A stretch of DNA of 62,479 nt, counting the filler, from Globobulimina sp. (taxonomy: Eukaryota): the NCBI GenBank assembly GCA_003354225.1. It is 19 parts of 19 records of this genome, joined end to end, with 100 filler letters (N's around TTAATTAATTAA, not from the genome) between each part and the next. Parts side by side here need not be neighbours in the genome. Positions count along the whole stretch, not along the records: positions 1 to 3,197 come from PIVH01003443.1; positions 3,298 to 6,494 come from PIVH01003444.1; positions 6,595 to 9,790 come from PIVH01003445.1; positions 9,891 to 13,086 come from PIVH01003446.1; 15 more parts are not named here. One strand, given 5' to 3'. Of the stretch, positions 1 through 10,952 are shown piece after piece. A program made the position numbers and the translations under genes. The notes beneath the pieces were generated by a model that saw only the letters and a list, made by a program, of their open reading frames with translations, made no database searches and was not told where the DNA came from. Within the stretch, counting starts at the first letter, position 1. The number at the start of each line of letters is the position of its first letter.

Positions 1-225
1 GCGGATGAATTGAAAAATTTTATGAAAGGATTGGAGGGAATGTTTAAATGTTCTGTTAAAGAAGCCGGTCGTTTAATAACTGAAGATCAGGGTTATAATT
101 ATAATGACATGGATTTCAAACAATATGCTGTAAGTGTCACGAAACAAAATGTTGATAAAACTGTGGATTATGAAAAAAAATGGAAAGTTGATTGTAAATA
201 TTGTTGTAATACACCATGGCTTTGA
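1..225 (+). CDS. 3' end of an unidentified gene (contig-edge fragment)
   Basis: Open frame from the window edge to TGA at 225. No family recognised. Confidence 0.4.
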   Translation, partial: ADELKNFMKGLEGMFKCSVKEAGRLITEDQGYNYNDMDFKQYAVSVTKQNVDKTVDYEKKWKVDCKYCCNTPWL

Positions 226-335
226 AAAATACTTGTTTGGGACTTTTTTTTACTATTAATACATTTATCTATATACTGTATAATATATACTTCAAATATT
301 TTGGACTTGTATATTGTTAAAAACAACCTGAAACC

Positions 336-1759
336 ATGGCAAGTTTAGCTTTAGCGCTTCTTCTAATAAACAATGCTTACGGCGGTTTTGTGACTACATT
401 GGGCAGCAATTTTATGTTGAATGGTAAACCATATAGGTTTGCAGGAACAAATTGTTATTACTTAACATATCAAGACGAGTTTATGGTTGATAATGTAATG
501 GAGACAGCAGCATCTCAAGGATTCCAAGTTATTCGTACCTGGGCATTTATTGACATTGGCTACCAAAATGGTTCAAATTCAGCAGATTCGAATGGTCCCA
601 TTAAAAATGGAATATATTTTCAATATTATGACCCAGAAACAAAAGCACCTATGTATAATGATACCAATTTAAAAATGTTGGATTATGTATTACATAAAGC
701 GAAACAATTTGGAATTAAAATACTGTTAACTTTAACTAATAATTGGAGCGATTTTGGCGGAATGGATCAATATAATATTTGGCGACAAATTGCTGATCCA
801 AACATTAAGTTATATCATGATTCATTTTATAATGATACTGTTATCATGTCTTGGTACAAAGCGTATGCAAAGCATCTAATTACAAGAACTAATACGTATA
901 CAAATGTGAAATATTCTGCTGATGATACTATATTTGCATGGGAACTCGCCAGTTAATTATTAATAATTATGTAATTATAGCCAATTTATTCTGTCGATTC
1001 AATGCAAATGAAATTGCATGATAACAAATGTTGTCTAGCCAAGCACTTGAAACCATGCATTTGCACAAAATCAACTGATTAAAATGGGACATATATATAT
1101 ATACAGATGAGCCACGTTGTATGGGCAGCGGCAAATTTGCATCATCCAATACTTGCACCAAGAATTATGCTGTTTATATGGTACAACCAGAGGCGTGGAA
1201 AATAACTGCATGGGCAGATACAATGAGTACTTATATAAAATCAATTGATCAGAACCATATGATTGCAACTGGTGATGAAGGATTTTATTGTGAGATCTAT
1301 CAAAATTGCCCACATTCATATTGTGATTGTTATTATGGCATTGATACAATAAATAATACGGCATTATCCAATATTGATTTTATGTCAATGCATTTATATC
1401 CGGACCAATGGGGAGAACAAAGTGTGTGGGGAAATGAATGGATATCTAATCATACTGCGACTGCAAAGGAAATTGGTAAGCCTGCATTATTGGGAGAGTA
1501 TGGTGCTAGAAATGATCAACATAATGTATATACGCAATGGACAAATACTATTTATACAAATGGAACTGGTGGTGATTTATTTTGGATGATTTCTGGAATG
1601 GATGATGAACCACAGCATCCTTATTGGGTTCCAAATTATGATGGATATGCAGTATATTGCCCAAATGCAACCCAACCCCAACCACCCGGTGACATTGACT
1701 CATGTCCAGTACTTCATGCTCATGCAATGGATATGGAGAATAATAATAATGTATTTTAA
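336..1759 (+). CDS. Secreted GH5 endo-1,4-beta-mannanase-like enzyme, 2 exons (336-951, 1107-1759)
   Basis: Signal peptide, GTNCYY, IRTWAF and NNWSDFGGMDQY motifs. The intron 952-1106 (GTTAAT..ACAG) rebuilds WELANEPRC (acid/base Glu). HLYPDQW and LLGEYG (nucleophile) follow. Confidence 0.93.
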
Positions 1760-1800
1760 ATTGTATAAATAATATCGTTACTCCGACTTTGCTAAAGAAA

Positions 1801-2826
1801 ATGGCGTCAGTTGTAGATTGGTCTCAGGATCCAGATTCTTTGCACAAGGAATTATTACAATTAACACAACACAAATTAATTCAAGCATGTAAGTATAAAA
1901 ATATATCATACAGTCGGAACAAGAAAGAAACTGTGGATCGTTTGCTGCAAAAGATCAAAAAAAAATCATCATTGGCTGATCGTATATCTTATTATGAAGA
2001 AAAAGATTCAAATGTTAAAAAAAACACATCTCATAAACACGGCAAACAACAAACACTATTTAGTGACCATGAATTAGATTCAGTTGGTTTATCTTGGCTG
2101 AAACCACCACCTCTTACAACCACGGAAATTGAAGAAGATGACAATGAGAATGATAATGGCAATGATCACTATAATATGCAACATATAATACGCCCGCAAA
2201 CAACTCAGGCACTGTCATACCCATCGCCTTATGAACATTATCAGCATGAAGAAGGCAATGAAAATGCATTAAAACAAGAGTTAAATAAAAAGATCGAATC
2301 TTATGGTACTTTTGAAGTAATGTCATCGCTTTTATTTGGCTTTGCTGTGACCATTGCTTTTGAGAATGTAAATAGTGCGAATAGGGATAATAAGGACATT
2401 TATGAGGAGATTGCTGAAATAATATTTACTATTTTTATTACTATTGTGTTGATCTGCAATGCGTATACAATGATTGTTTTATCATTGACATATTTTTATG
2501 TTCATCGTTATATGGCCGATAAAGAATATATTATGGCCACTATTTATTTAAAATTGTATGCGAATTATAGAAAATATGCAAGGAGATGTTTTTATGTTGG
2601 ATTGGTTTCTTTTATTGCAGCCATTGGCATTTATTTATTGCCATTGTTACCCATTATAAGTAAATTGTGTGTTTTGTTATTTTTGGGAATTGGTTTAATT
2701 ATTATTATTTTTACATTGATTACAATGACTAATCCGTCAAGAATTGCTGATAGAAATAATCCGGGACATAGGAAATTTTTAAGTGCATTCATTGAAAAGG
2801 GTGGTGTTAATGAAAAGACATTATAA
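1801..2826 (+). CDS. 4-TM membrane protein with Orai-like TM1 and a SAP-like N-terminal segment
   Basis: Four C-terminal hydrophobic helices. SSLLFGFAVTIAFE aligns in register with Orai TM1 SALLSGFAMVAMVE. Confidence 0.55.
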   Translation: MASVVDWSQDPDSLHKELLQLTQHKLIQACKYKNISYSRNKKETVDRLLQKIKKKSSLADRISYYEEKDSNVKKNTSHKHGKQQTLFSDHELDSVGLSWLKPPPLTTTEIEEDDNENDNGNDHYNMQHIIRPQTTQALSYPSPYEHYQHEEGNENALKQELNKKIESYGTFEVMSSLLFGFAVTIAFENVNSANRDNKDIYEEIAEIIFTIFITIVLICNAYTMIVLSLTYFYVHRYMADKEYIMATIYLKLYANYRKYARRCFYVGLVSFIAAIGIYLLPLLPIISKLCVLLFLGIGLIIIIFTLITMTNPSRIADRNNPGHRKFLSAFIEKGGVNEKTL

Positions 2827-3197
2827 TATATTATATAAATTCAATAATGTAAATATTTGTGATTACTTTTTGCATCGCCCAGCAACGTTATTCTAATTTG
2901 CTGTACATGTCCGCCACTGTCCGCTGAATTTGTTCTAGAGTCGCTTCAAACATTAGGCCAATGCGTACATGCAAAGAACGTCGAAATTGGAAAAACTGAG
3001 AGCTCGTTTATGAGGTCGTCGATCCCAATACACAATTGTTATCTCCCTGGTGTGCGAGGATAATCTAAAAAATAATATTAATATTTTACATAAATAACAC
3101 AATCATATTAAAGAACAGAGTTCCTTCTTATACGTACAGAGTTCATTCTTTTTCTTTTTCATTTTCATGTTCATTTTCATTCCAATTTCCACCAGTG

Positions 3198-3297
3198 NNN
3201 NNNNNNNNNNNNNNNNNNNNNNNNNNNNNNNNNNNNNNNNNTTAATTAATTAANNNNNNNNNNNNNNNNNNNNNNNNNNNNNNNNNNNNNNNNNNNN
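3198..3297. other. Artificial contig linker (44 N + TTAATTAATTAA + 44 N), first of 18
   Basis: Identical 100-nt spacers start at 3198, 6495, 9791, 13087, 16382, 19677, 22972, 26267, 29561, 32855, 36148, 39441, 42734, 46026, 49317, 52608, 55899 and 59190. The 12-mer gives stops in all six frames. Confidence 0.99.
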
Positions 3298-6132
3298 CAA
3301 GTTCGTAAACGACAATGATTTGAAAAATGCCTCCAACAATCTGTTTTTTTTATGATTTACGTGTTTTAATTTCCGCGAATTTCTATTTTTGTACACCATC
3401 TCCGAATCACTCATATACACCGCGTCCATATTGGATAAGCCACCGGCTGTGCCCCCGCTAATTCTGTCACTTTTGTCCCTATTTCGCCGCGATTTCAATA
3501 GGCCCATAAAGGTTTGGCCAGAGTTTCGAACCGAAGTCGGCCGCGAAATGGTGACATTTATTTCCTTCATTTTTTCCAACGTAATGATTTTATATAAAAT
3601 ATGAAATAAACTGTTGATATATAACAATTGGTACTGTTGCAATTCAATATCGATCACTACGCCGTCATCATCCATACTCACCACCGAATGCATATCGATT
3701 GTCAGACCATTCTCCATCCGCTCCTTCATAGACTGTAGCTGTGTACTCGACATTGGCACTGTATGTGACTTTTCCTCATCATTATAATCCGAGTGTTGCT
3801 CAAACTTTTCCACTTCGTCAATGCCGCTCATTCGCTCTTTGGACGCGTCTACCATGGCATCATAATCACGCAAAGATAATATGGAATCCGCTTCGCTCAA
3901 ACCATATATTAATTGAGTATGAATGGAGGAAGGCGTGCCATGTTCATCCGTATCCATGTCCGATATGATAGATATGCCTGATTTTTCGGACGGGATTCGA
4001 ATGAGAGTGCCGGTGCGTATATGTTCAGTGTCAGGATCAGTGTCAAATTCTTGCGACACACTCAGCAAATACTGCGGTACCGGCCGCGTTGTACCAATAT
4101 CTTCCTGCGACGATGCATCCGTCTCATACTCCGACACCTCACTCACATGCGTCATAGCCGAGATTTGCCGCAATAAATCCAGATCTGTATCACGTACAAA
4201 CTCCGCACTGCTCCCAGTTTTGGTCGGTTTAGTCAACGTTTTCTGCTCTTGCAATTCTAACAAATTCTTGCGTTTCTGATGTTTGATGATGTGCTTGTTC
4301 ACCGTAACCTGCTCCATATCGCCACGATGACTGTTCATCGAGCTAAACAATGAAAGCTGTAATAGGCTGCGAGTGCTCCCCGCCGCAGACTCGTCAATGC
4401 GCGGCAAAGTATGTTGCGATTTGTATGAGGAATAGCTATTGGTTCGAGTCAATAAATATTCGTTTTTGGTGGTGCGTAGAAACGAATCTATCATGTCGTG
4501 CATCTGCGAGTCATTCATGATCTCCTCACCAATCTCGTACGCCGCGTCTAACAAAGCAAGCAATGTGTCCTTGCAGGCGCGCGTAATACGCACTTCATCG
4601 TAGTCCCTCTTCATTGTACTCAACACCTTCTGATGTATCTTGGTGGTGCACCATAGCATGGTATCGATCACATCCAAGCGGCAAATATCGCGCGTGATCT
4701 TCAACACTGCCAAAATGTGGCTGAATGAGTTGGACACAAAGTCCACAGAGTTGGCAGAGGCGATAGCAGCCAAAGGATGCATGTTTTTGCTGGATTGTTG
4801 CGGTGATTGCAAGGAAGGGATCGACAACGTTTTGTCGATGAGATTTATACCATGCTGGGCGAGGAAAGGGGCCCTGAACTCGTCGCGTTGGGTGAATTTG
4901 CACAGTGCTTGGATGGAATAGGTAATTAAAGTGGAATTTATTGTTTTTACGCCTAAATTCCAGGCAAATATCAAATTGCCAATGATGTCGTAGCTGAATA
5001 GATATTTATACGGTATATTGAACTGTGCTGCGTACATATTGTAATCAGTGAGGAATTCATCCAAAATGACATTGATTTGGGAGCCGTTGTCGAGTTTTTT
5101 GAGGCTAGTTAGTTGGAAAAAGATTGCCGCGATTTGTGCGGGTTTGGGTGACGGCGGTGTCGGTGTGTATGATCGGGTTTGTTTTTTTGCAGTGGAATGC
5201 TTAAAATTAGCAAAGGAGGCTGGCGCGGTGACGGCGGTGTGGATGATTGAGGGCTCACTGGGTATAAAGCTAAATTTGTAGCCATTGTTATGTTTTAAAT
5301 TCAAAGTGTCGGCACTATGCGCATGTTGACCATGTACAGAACCATCATCGCTGAACTTTTTTTGTAATGTGGTGGTTGGCAATGAATTTGATTCCATTAT
5401 AGGTACTGGGTCTGGTATGGTGGGCAGGTTGCTGTTTGTGAATGTTTTCGGTGTTCTCACATTTTCATCATAATAATCACTCGATTCACTGTCGTGGTTG
5501 GATTTATTTTCAGTGCGCTTTGGATTGGGTTTGTGCGTTTGTACAATGTTCTCACTGCGTGAATAGGTCACGGTGGTGGTATTGGTGTGGTTGGAGTTCA
5601 AGGTTTGGATGGAATGCATGGTGGAAATGGTGTTGATGGTGTTGATGGTCGTGACGGTGGTGTCTGAATGGCGTTTTTCGATGGAGGTTTGAGGCAGTTT
5701 GGGCGTGGTGGGTATTGGAAGTGAGGCTCCTTTCTCGAGGTCTATGCCTTCATTGTCATGATCATGATGATGGGTGTTATGTTTTTCATAATTATAATCA
5801 TATTTTATTGGTTTCTTTTTTCTTTTTCTTTTTTTTCTTTTTTTTCTCAGTCCTTCCGCTTCAGAATCTGTTGCTGTATCAGACGCAGAGGACAGGTCGA
5901 CTGGAGAATATTTTATCTTTGGTTTGCCATTCGATGTTTCATCTGTGATTGTTTGAAATTTTGATTTATTTCTTGATTCGCGAAATCGGGTGCGACGAGG
6001 ATCAAAATCTGCTATATTTTTTGGTGAAGGTCCAAACAAACCATTCTTAAGCTGTTTAACATTCGTACTGTCCAGGTTGGTAAGCATTTGACCTTCTTGT
6101 ACATCTGTACAAGCGTTGAAAAAATTGCCCAT
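3298..6132 (-). CDS. Large hypothetical protein, 3'-truncated, with a possible N-myristoylation start and a central helical (ARM-like) region
   Basis: About 945-codon ORF running off the contig. Starts MGNFFNAC and has low-complexity Ser/Thr/His regions. Confidence 0.7.
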
Positions 6133-6675
6133 GTTTCAGTTACACACAAGTTTAACAAAAACGGGAAAAAAAACGTAAACCTGTAAAAAGCGAACAAGCG
6201 CAATAAACTGCACCCATGGTTTAAACAGACAAAAAAGAAGCGTAATTGTCTTAGAATCTTACCCCGACCGCGTTTAGATCCGTAGCACAATAATTTTTGA
6301 ATAATGGCATACGTTCAACCTGTTTGTACACAATTATGTTAATTGTGTTTCTGCTCTGTTATAATAATTATTGTTTACATTTGATTTTCATCGAACAACA
6401 ACCCTTTCCAAAATATCGCAAAATTATTATGTAAAAGAACTAGTATTAGCTGGATTTGATAGATCACTAAAAACAAAGTTCAAATATATATATANNNNNN
6501 NNNNNNNNNNNNNNNNNNNNNNNNNNNNNNNNNNNNNNTTAATTAATTAANNNNNNNNNNNNNNNNNNNNNNNNNNNNNNNNNNNNNNNNNNNNCCTCTG
6601 GAAAAAACTAAAAACTTTGTTCGTAGGTGAAGACTACAGGGAAACGCTTTAAGTAATCTGTAAGCGTTCAAAGGT

Positions 6676-7494
6676 TCAGGGTTTCCCGTTCAGGGCTAAC
6701 GACAAGGGCAAAATAGACCGCCAAGAAATAGGTTTCACCGGCATATATGGCTTACCTGGCTTTGAAATGTGGACAATAAAACAGTCTAGATCTATATTCC
6801 GAAGAGATCTACGATGATGCCAGGTTTTTTGATCAAATTTTAGACAAGGCGATTCCCAAACGGTATATATATTATTTTCAACAAGTTGTAATTTGTTGAG
6901 ATCTCGATACATCAATAGAGAAAGAAGCGCCTGATCATGGCGATGTGCTGGTTCGGTTGCCTTGATGTTATCCTCGTTTTGAGCCAGTCTCAATGCTTCT
7001 AGCAATATCTTTAAGATGACACCTTGTTTTCTGAATACCATAAAACAGCCGTTTAACGTGGTCTTTTTATTTCTGAAATTTGGCTGGACCATGCAACCAT
7101 GACAAGCTGCTTCTGAGGCGTTTTCCACAAGCGGGTGATTGGTAGAAGTGATGACGTAGCCCTGCTGTTTAAGCTTATCAAATATTTCATTCATGGGTCT
7201 TAGCACGACCATACCTGCGTCCATCCATAACACGTTCTTTGCTGGTGCATTGTTGATACACCAAATTTTCCATGTGAAATGTTTTCGCCAATGCTCACAA
7301 AAGGCGGGTACTTTTCTTACCGTTATCTGATGTTGTTTTAGGATGGACAAGCTGTTCTCGTTAAGTCCGATATCATAAACCAGTATAGGTGGATGTTCAG
7401 GCCAGTTGACGTTCATTGATCCCAATAGAGCCAATAGTGATTCGCTATAGGATTCCGACGCCGCTGTTATAATAAGTTGATTGGTGCTAGTCAT
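6676..7494 (-). CDS. Glycosyltransferase-like protein (DUF1647-like), intronless, bacterial-looking
   Basis: IITAAS, ILVYDIGL, FTWK, LWMDAG and HRHDQA motifs recall the DUF1647/GT-A-like family. No signal anchor. Confidence 0.6.
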   Translation of the reverse strand: MTSTNQLIITAASESYSESLLALLGSMNVNWPEHPPILVYDIGLNENSLSILKQHQITVRKVPAFCEHWRKHFTWKIWCINNAPAKNVLWMDAGMVVLRPMNEIFDKLKQQGYVITSTNHPLVENASEAACHGCMVQPNFRNKKTTLNGCFMVFRKQGVILKILLEALRLAQNEDNIKATEPAHRHDQALLSLLMYRDLNKLQLVENNIYTVWESPCLKFDQKTWHHRRSLRNIDLDCFIVHISKPGKPYMPVKPISWRSILPLSLALNGKP

Positions 7495-7562
7495 CAGGGG
7501 ACATAGATAATAAGTTTGGTTTAGATTCCGACACTGAAGATATTAATGACAATGATGGGACA

Positions 7563-8389
7563 ATGTCAACTTTTACTGATTGGGGCAAGACGTCGATTGT
7601 GGTGAAGCAGGGTTGGATTAAAAAAAAAGGGAAAGTTAATAAATCATTCAAAAAAAGATGGTGTAAGTTATTCACAAATAACAAGTTGATATATTTAACG
7701 CAGCCTGGACCCAATGGTGCGTTGAAAGGACATATCGATTTAACTAAAATTATTGTTATGAGGAAGGTTTGTGTACATTTTATTTGCATTTTATTGTTTT
7801 TAGCGTATTACTATAGGCGGATGACACTTTTATTGATATTAATACGAACACAAGATTGTGGTCGTTGCAGTTTGATACAATGAAAGATAGAGATGAGTGG
7901 TTTAAGGTATTTACAGCCATACAAAGCGTGAGCATAACACAGACGGCTCATGATTTTGAACAAGATATTAAAAATATGGAAACAATGTTGGTTTCGCCAT
8001 GTACTCCGAGCTTTAAATCATGTGAATATACTGGCGTACAAATGCGATTTATGATAATTGTGAATGATGTTTCTGTTTATAATGACAAAGAACTAACGAA
8101 ACAAATACCTTTTGTGCAAATAAAAAACAATGAAATTGTGAGGGGGCAATATATTGATTCGAATGTGATTCTATTGGAGGAGCAAAAAGTTTTTATTTCG
8201 ACAATGGATGTTGTAGAAGCAGATAACGTTATTATTAGAGATGATTATGTCACACCGAGACCGCCACCACGGTTTTCACCAAACTCTGCAGATAATGATG
8301 ATGGTGGTGAATATTTTTCAGATTGTAACAAAAACAGAAAAGATAATAATGCATTACCAAAAAGATATAAATATGTCGATGATTTTTAG
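7563..8389 (+). CDS. PH-domain protein, exons 7563-7766 and 7817-8389 (true 5' end may be missing)
   Basis: VKQGWIKKKG..KSFKKRWCKL, KGHIDL and RDEWFKVF motifs. The 50-nt intron 7767-7816 joins the two ORFs in frame. Confidence 0.85.
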
Positions 8390-8569
8390 TTTGTTGCCTT
8401 GCTTTTTAATTCATAAAGGCTGCAGATAGCAATTGATTTATCTCAATGATTTGTGTACATTTAATGTTTTCATTGTTTTCAGTAATCAATATATCCGAAC
8501 GTTAGTTATCCACTTCTTGTGCTTTATGTACTGGCCATAGAAGAATAAAAAAATAAAACAAACTTCAAA

Positions 8570-8719
8570 GATGACTAGCTCACTTCAAGAAAATCTTAAT
8601 ATCAGCCTCATAGACGACAGTGCAAGGATAGATTTTTCCAGGATTCTGGCATATGAAAGAAGAGACAAATCTATGCAATAAAGGTAAAAATGTGTAGTCT
8701 ATGAAGTGAGCTAGTCATC
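8570..8719. mobile_element. 150-bp MITE-like element with perfect 18-bp terminal inverted repeats
   Basis: GATGACTAGCTCACTTCA (8570-8587) and TGAAGTGAGCTAGTCATC (8702-8719). Flanks AACTTCAAA and AACTTATAA match at 7 of 9 positions. Confidence 0.7.
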
Positions 8720-8770
8720 AACTTATAACATCAAATAAATTCAAAACGTTTCGATAAAGTTTACTTTATT

Positions 8771-9790
8771 TTACAACCTAAGCGCATTTCCATGACTTTT
8801 CTTTTGCGTCACACTCAATTTAGTCTGTTTCTTTTTAGCCTGTTTAAACGCACATTTATTTGCTTTCTTCTCTTTTCTCCGTTGTTGTTTCATTTCTTTT
8901 TGCAATTTCTTTCGTAACCTCTTCTCTTCCTTACTCTCTCCTTTTCGCTTCGAATAGGCACTCACAACACATCCATCATTTTCATTGTCATCCTCTTCAT
9001 TCTCGTCACAATTATTGCTCATATCCATATTTTCATTCTTCACATCATCAAATTTTGTAAATTCAAAAATAATTTGTTTCCCATCCGATTCCATAACAAT
9101 ATCATCGCCATCATCATCACCAATATTACCAAACGAAAAGGATACATCCACATCGCCCATATCCTCCATACTACTTTTTTCTTCCTCTATTTTTTGCAGC
9201 GGTGCACTTTGTACCTGCACATGTTTATTTTTTTCTTGTTTATTCACATTCACATTTACTTTGATTTCAATTGGATGATTTTCATGATTCGTCCTCGTGG
9301 ATAATATCGACTCGCAATCCCATTTCGGAGGTTCTTTTTTTTTGAACTGCTCATTAATTTCCGCATCAATTCTCCTCTCATCATCGCTGTCCAAGTCCAT
9401 AACATCAATCTCGTTTTTACTCTCAACGCCGAGCCCAACCTTCTCCGAATCAGAATCACTGAAAAAAATAATTTCCTTCTCATCCTCATCAATATTTTCC
9501 TCATTGCAATTAATTCCCATTAGCCTCAAGGTAACATTACGTGTACTTTTCTTCAATGATCGTCGTAATCGCGCTTTCTTCTTTTTTAAATACACATAAT
9601 ATTGATACCGTAACGATTCTTTTTTATTTGTATTTCTAACTGTAAATCGATCCGATATTTTATAGCTAAAATCACCGCGCAATGCCTCCAAATCATCATC
9701 TAATTCACCAATATATTCATCATTGTATTGTGTATTTAACATTACTTCAAACTGATTGTCCAATAAAGTCATCTCTGGATTATATGCATT
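8771..9790 (-). CDS. LTV1: LTV1 40S ribosome biogenesis factor, C-terminal part (5'-truncated)
   Basis: KWDCESILSTRTNHENHP, LLDNQFE..YNDEYIGELD and the basic C-terminal ESKEEKRLRKK..RRKEKK match LTV1 motifs. Confidence 0.85.
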   Translation of the reverse strand, partial: NAYNPEMTLLDNQFEVMLNTQYNDEYIGELDDDLEALRGDFSYKISDRFTVRNTNKKESLRYQYYVYLKKKKARLRRSLKKSTRNVTLRLMGINCNEENIDEDEKEIIFFSDSDSEKVGLGVESKNEIDVMDLDSDDERRIDAEINEQFKKKEPPKWDCESILSTRTNHENHPIEIKVNVNVNKQEKNKHVQVQSAPLQKIEEEKSSMEDMGDVDVSFSFGNIGDDDGDDIVMESDGKQIIFEFTKFDDVKNENMDMSNNCDENEEDDNENDGCVVSAYSKRKGESKEEKRLRKKLQKEMKQQRRKEKKANKCAFKQAKKKQTKLSVTQKKSHGNALRL

Positions 9791-9890
9791 NNNNNNNNNN
9801 NNNNNNNNNNNNNNNNNNNNNNNNNNNNNNNNNNTTAATTAATTAANNNNNNNNNNNNNNNNNNNNNNNNNNNNNNNNNNNNNNNNNNNN

Positions 9891-10605
9891 ATTTGCGGAA
9901 TGTTTGGGTGGTTTGGTGTCGATTATTGGGCAGAATTTGAAGGTATCTGTGGAAGCATTGAATGATGTTTCGATTAATAAATGTTTATCGGATGGATACA
10001 CCATAAATATCAACAAACCAAATAAAATGTATACGATATCGATTAATAATTTACAATCGGAGGAGAATAGAGATTTAATATTTGAGTTAAAAGTACCGCA
10101 ATTAAGTGCAGCCAAAGATGGTGATCCCATTATTCAATTAGGTGTAAAATATAAGAATGTGGTCAGGAATAAAGATGAGGTCTTATCCAATGTGTGTCGT
10201 ATTAACCGGATTGAAGGCAAACAGATTGGAGAGAGGAATATCGAATTAGATATTCAATATAACCGTGTATTGGCTGCGAATGCCATGGAGGAAGCGGATG
10301 AATTGGCGAATAAAGGGAAATTAAACGAGGCGCGGCAGATTTTGACCAATGCACAGAAACATATTCAAAAATCGCAATCGAATAAGAATAAATTTTCCAA
10401 GGCGTTAGTGGACGATATTCAAATCGTACAGAATAATATGCAAAATAAACAACAATATCGTTCTCATGGTGGCAAAATGTTGAAAATGAATAAGAAAGCA
10501 CATAAAATGCAAAGATCGGTGCAAAGTTCGGCGTATGCCTCGCAAAATGCGTATCAAAATAGATCAAAAAGTGGAATGAAAAAGAAATTTAAATCTTCCA
10601 AATAA
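9891..10605 (+). CDS. C-terminal part of a vWA-domain-containing protein
   Basis: FAECLGGLVSII..., INNLQSEENRDLIFE and NRVLAANAMEEA..A..G.L..A match the typical post-vWA region. Confidence 0.65.
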
Positions 10606-10952
10606 ATTAATTCGTTTTATAATTATAAACTAGCAATGCAATTTGTGTGTTTGTTTCCAAATTGACATTGCAAGTTCTATATTACTACAAATTATAAATA
10701 TTGAAATAAAATAACTTTATCCTTGCACAGTACGACAAACGCCAACGGCAGTTTGGTATTATACTAATAATTCTAAAAATATTTGCCTCAAGCGATGGTT
10801 TAAAAATATTTTTCGAATTAAGTAATTTACTGTGATGGACTCGACCAGAGTCTACCGAAGACAAATCAAGAAGTAAAGTCTGAAAATATGACGTATTATT
10901 ATGATTTAGAATTACAATTTATTCAATCGTTTCTATTTCATATTAATTGTAC

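Noticed and set aside
2870-3197. GC-richer segment, probably the last exon of a minus-strand gene
   Set aside because: The frame cannot be determined and no motif is recognisable.
3242-3253. TTAATTAATTAA recurring every about 3.29 kb as a biological periodic repeat
   Set aside because: Always centred in 44+44 Ns. It is a synthetic linker, and ORFs ending in X...LIN are artefacts of it.
3389-5964. Numerous short antisense ORFs here and opposite other long genes
   Set aside because: Shadow frames of real genes on the other strand, with no independent motifs.
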